Shown here: piece after piece, positions 63,403 to 64,000 of the stretch
Layout: each line of letters begins with the position of its first letter
Position numbering within the stretch: position 1 is the stretch's first letter
Virus record (IMG/VR): IMGVR_UViG_3300027804_002812
Location: 224,001 to 288,000 of that record
Strand: one strand, 5' to 3'
Length of the DNA stretch: 64,000 nt
Source of the DNA: a virus
Taxonomy: Duplodnaviria > Caudoviricetes
Translations under genes and position numbers: made by a program
Notes under the pieces: model-generated
What the model saw: the letters and a program-made list of their open reading frames with translations, nothing else
Databases searched by the model: none
Told to the model about the DNA's origin: nothing

Positions 63403-64000
63403 TTATTTATATAATGTGTCGTCCAAATTTGAACCTTTGAGGAATGCCGCTTTTCTATCTTGTTGGAATTTTTGAATTTCTTCAATAGTTTTTTGGTATT
63501 CCATAATCTGTTTATCTTTCTCGATATTGTCTTGTTTCAACTTTTGAACAGTATTTTGAATTGCCTCTAACTTTGATTTCAATCCAATATCAGTACTCTC
63601 TTTTTCAATAACTACTTCTTTGATAATTTCTACAGGAACCTCCTTAATCACTTCAATTACTTTTTCGAGTGGTGGAGTTTGTCTAAGAATGTCTAAAGAA
63701 TGTCTAAGTTCGTCTAATTCTTTATCCTTTTTAGACATTTCTTCTTGGAAAATATTTTCCATTTCTTGAGTTTTAGTGGAAAATACTTTGCGTTGTTGTT
63801 CGAATTCCTGTTCTTTTTGGAAAATTTTTGTGTTCATCTCTTCTTGGTCAGTAACATAAACTACCTTATCAACAGGAACCTCTTTGATGACATCCTTGAT
63901 TACCACCTTCTCAACGGGTATTTCTTTGATAATCTCAACAACTTTTTCAACCACCCTTTCAACAGGAACTTCTTTAATAATTTCTACAACCTTTTCGACT
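63403..64000 (-). CDS. VPV-repeat (articulin/alveolin-like) coiled-coil protein, 5' end outside window
   Basis: Frame open to the window edge; tandem VEKVVEIIKEVPVE repeats. Confidence 0.75.
   Translation of the reverse strand, partial: VEKVVEIIKEVPVERVVEKVVEIIKEIPVEKVVIKDVIKEVPVDKVVYVTDQEEMNTKIFQKEQEFEQQRKVFSTKTQEMENIFQEEMSKKDKELDELRHSLDILRQTPPLEKVIEVIKEVPVEIIKEVVIEKESTDIGLKSKLEAIQNTVQKLKQDNIEKDKQIMEYQKTIEEIQKFQQDRKAAFLKGSNLDDTLYK

Noticed and set aside
1-64000. tRNA, tmRNA or rRNA genes
   Set aside because: No T-loop GTTCGA/TCGAAC with a cloverleaf context was found by eye. A tRNAscan/ARAGORN run is still advisable.
1-64000. Stop-codon reassignment
   Set aside because: Recognisable genes (sigma, DnaJ, SbcC, MTases) are intact in the standard code, and TAA, TGA and TAG all end genes at sensible positions.
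1-64000. Eukaryotic giant virus (NCLDV) origin, suggested by annexin, LRR and VPV repeats
   Set aside because: The bacterial sigma70, intrinsic terminators, peptidoglycan hydrolases, DnaA boxes and Bacteroidota promoters indicate a bacteriophage.

Overview
This window is a 64-kb segment of a large, AT-rich tailed-phage genome (jumbo/huge-phage style). The host is most likely in Bacteroidota, based on a Bacteroidota-type sigma70 gene, seven TAnnTTTG promoter elements, Hc1 and NqrM-like genes and a 6S-like RNA. About 110 CDSs are supported, mostly on the minus strand and read in the standard code. I saw no capsid, terminase, polymerase, tRNA or CRISPR array. The most striking features are: (1) About 29 otherwise unrelated proteins carry a few interchangeable N-terminal leaders built on (I/L/V)xE. 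From about 3.4 to 24 kb these genes sit as single-gene cassettes with a shared TATTTAT upstream motif and a shared CCCCACC/GGTGGGG terminator. This resembles a modular virion cargo-loading system; cargoes include a lysozyme/M23 hydrolase, a nuclease, an annexin repeat, ParB-like, DHH and LRR domains. (2) A non-coding element repeated six times contains a covarying CGA-xx-GNA-xx-GAG mini-hairpin. (3) A 1.9-kb control region at 15.96-17.83 kb has six perfect DnaA boxes, a G-quadruplex motif, MraZ-like GTGG 10-bp arrays and inverted operator-like motifs. It is a candidate origin or injection/packaging control region. (4) A candidate phage-encoded 6S RNA lies at about 48.03-48.14 kb. All family assignments come from motif recognition by eye; no searches were run.
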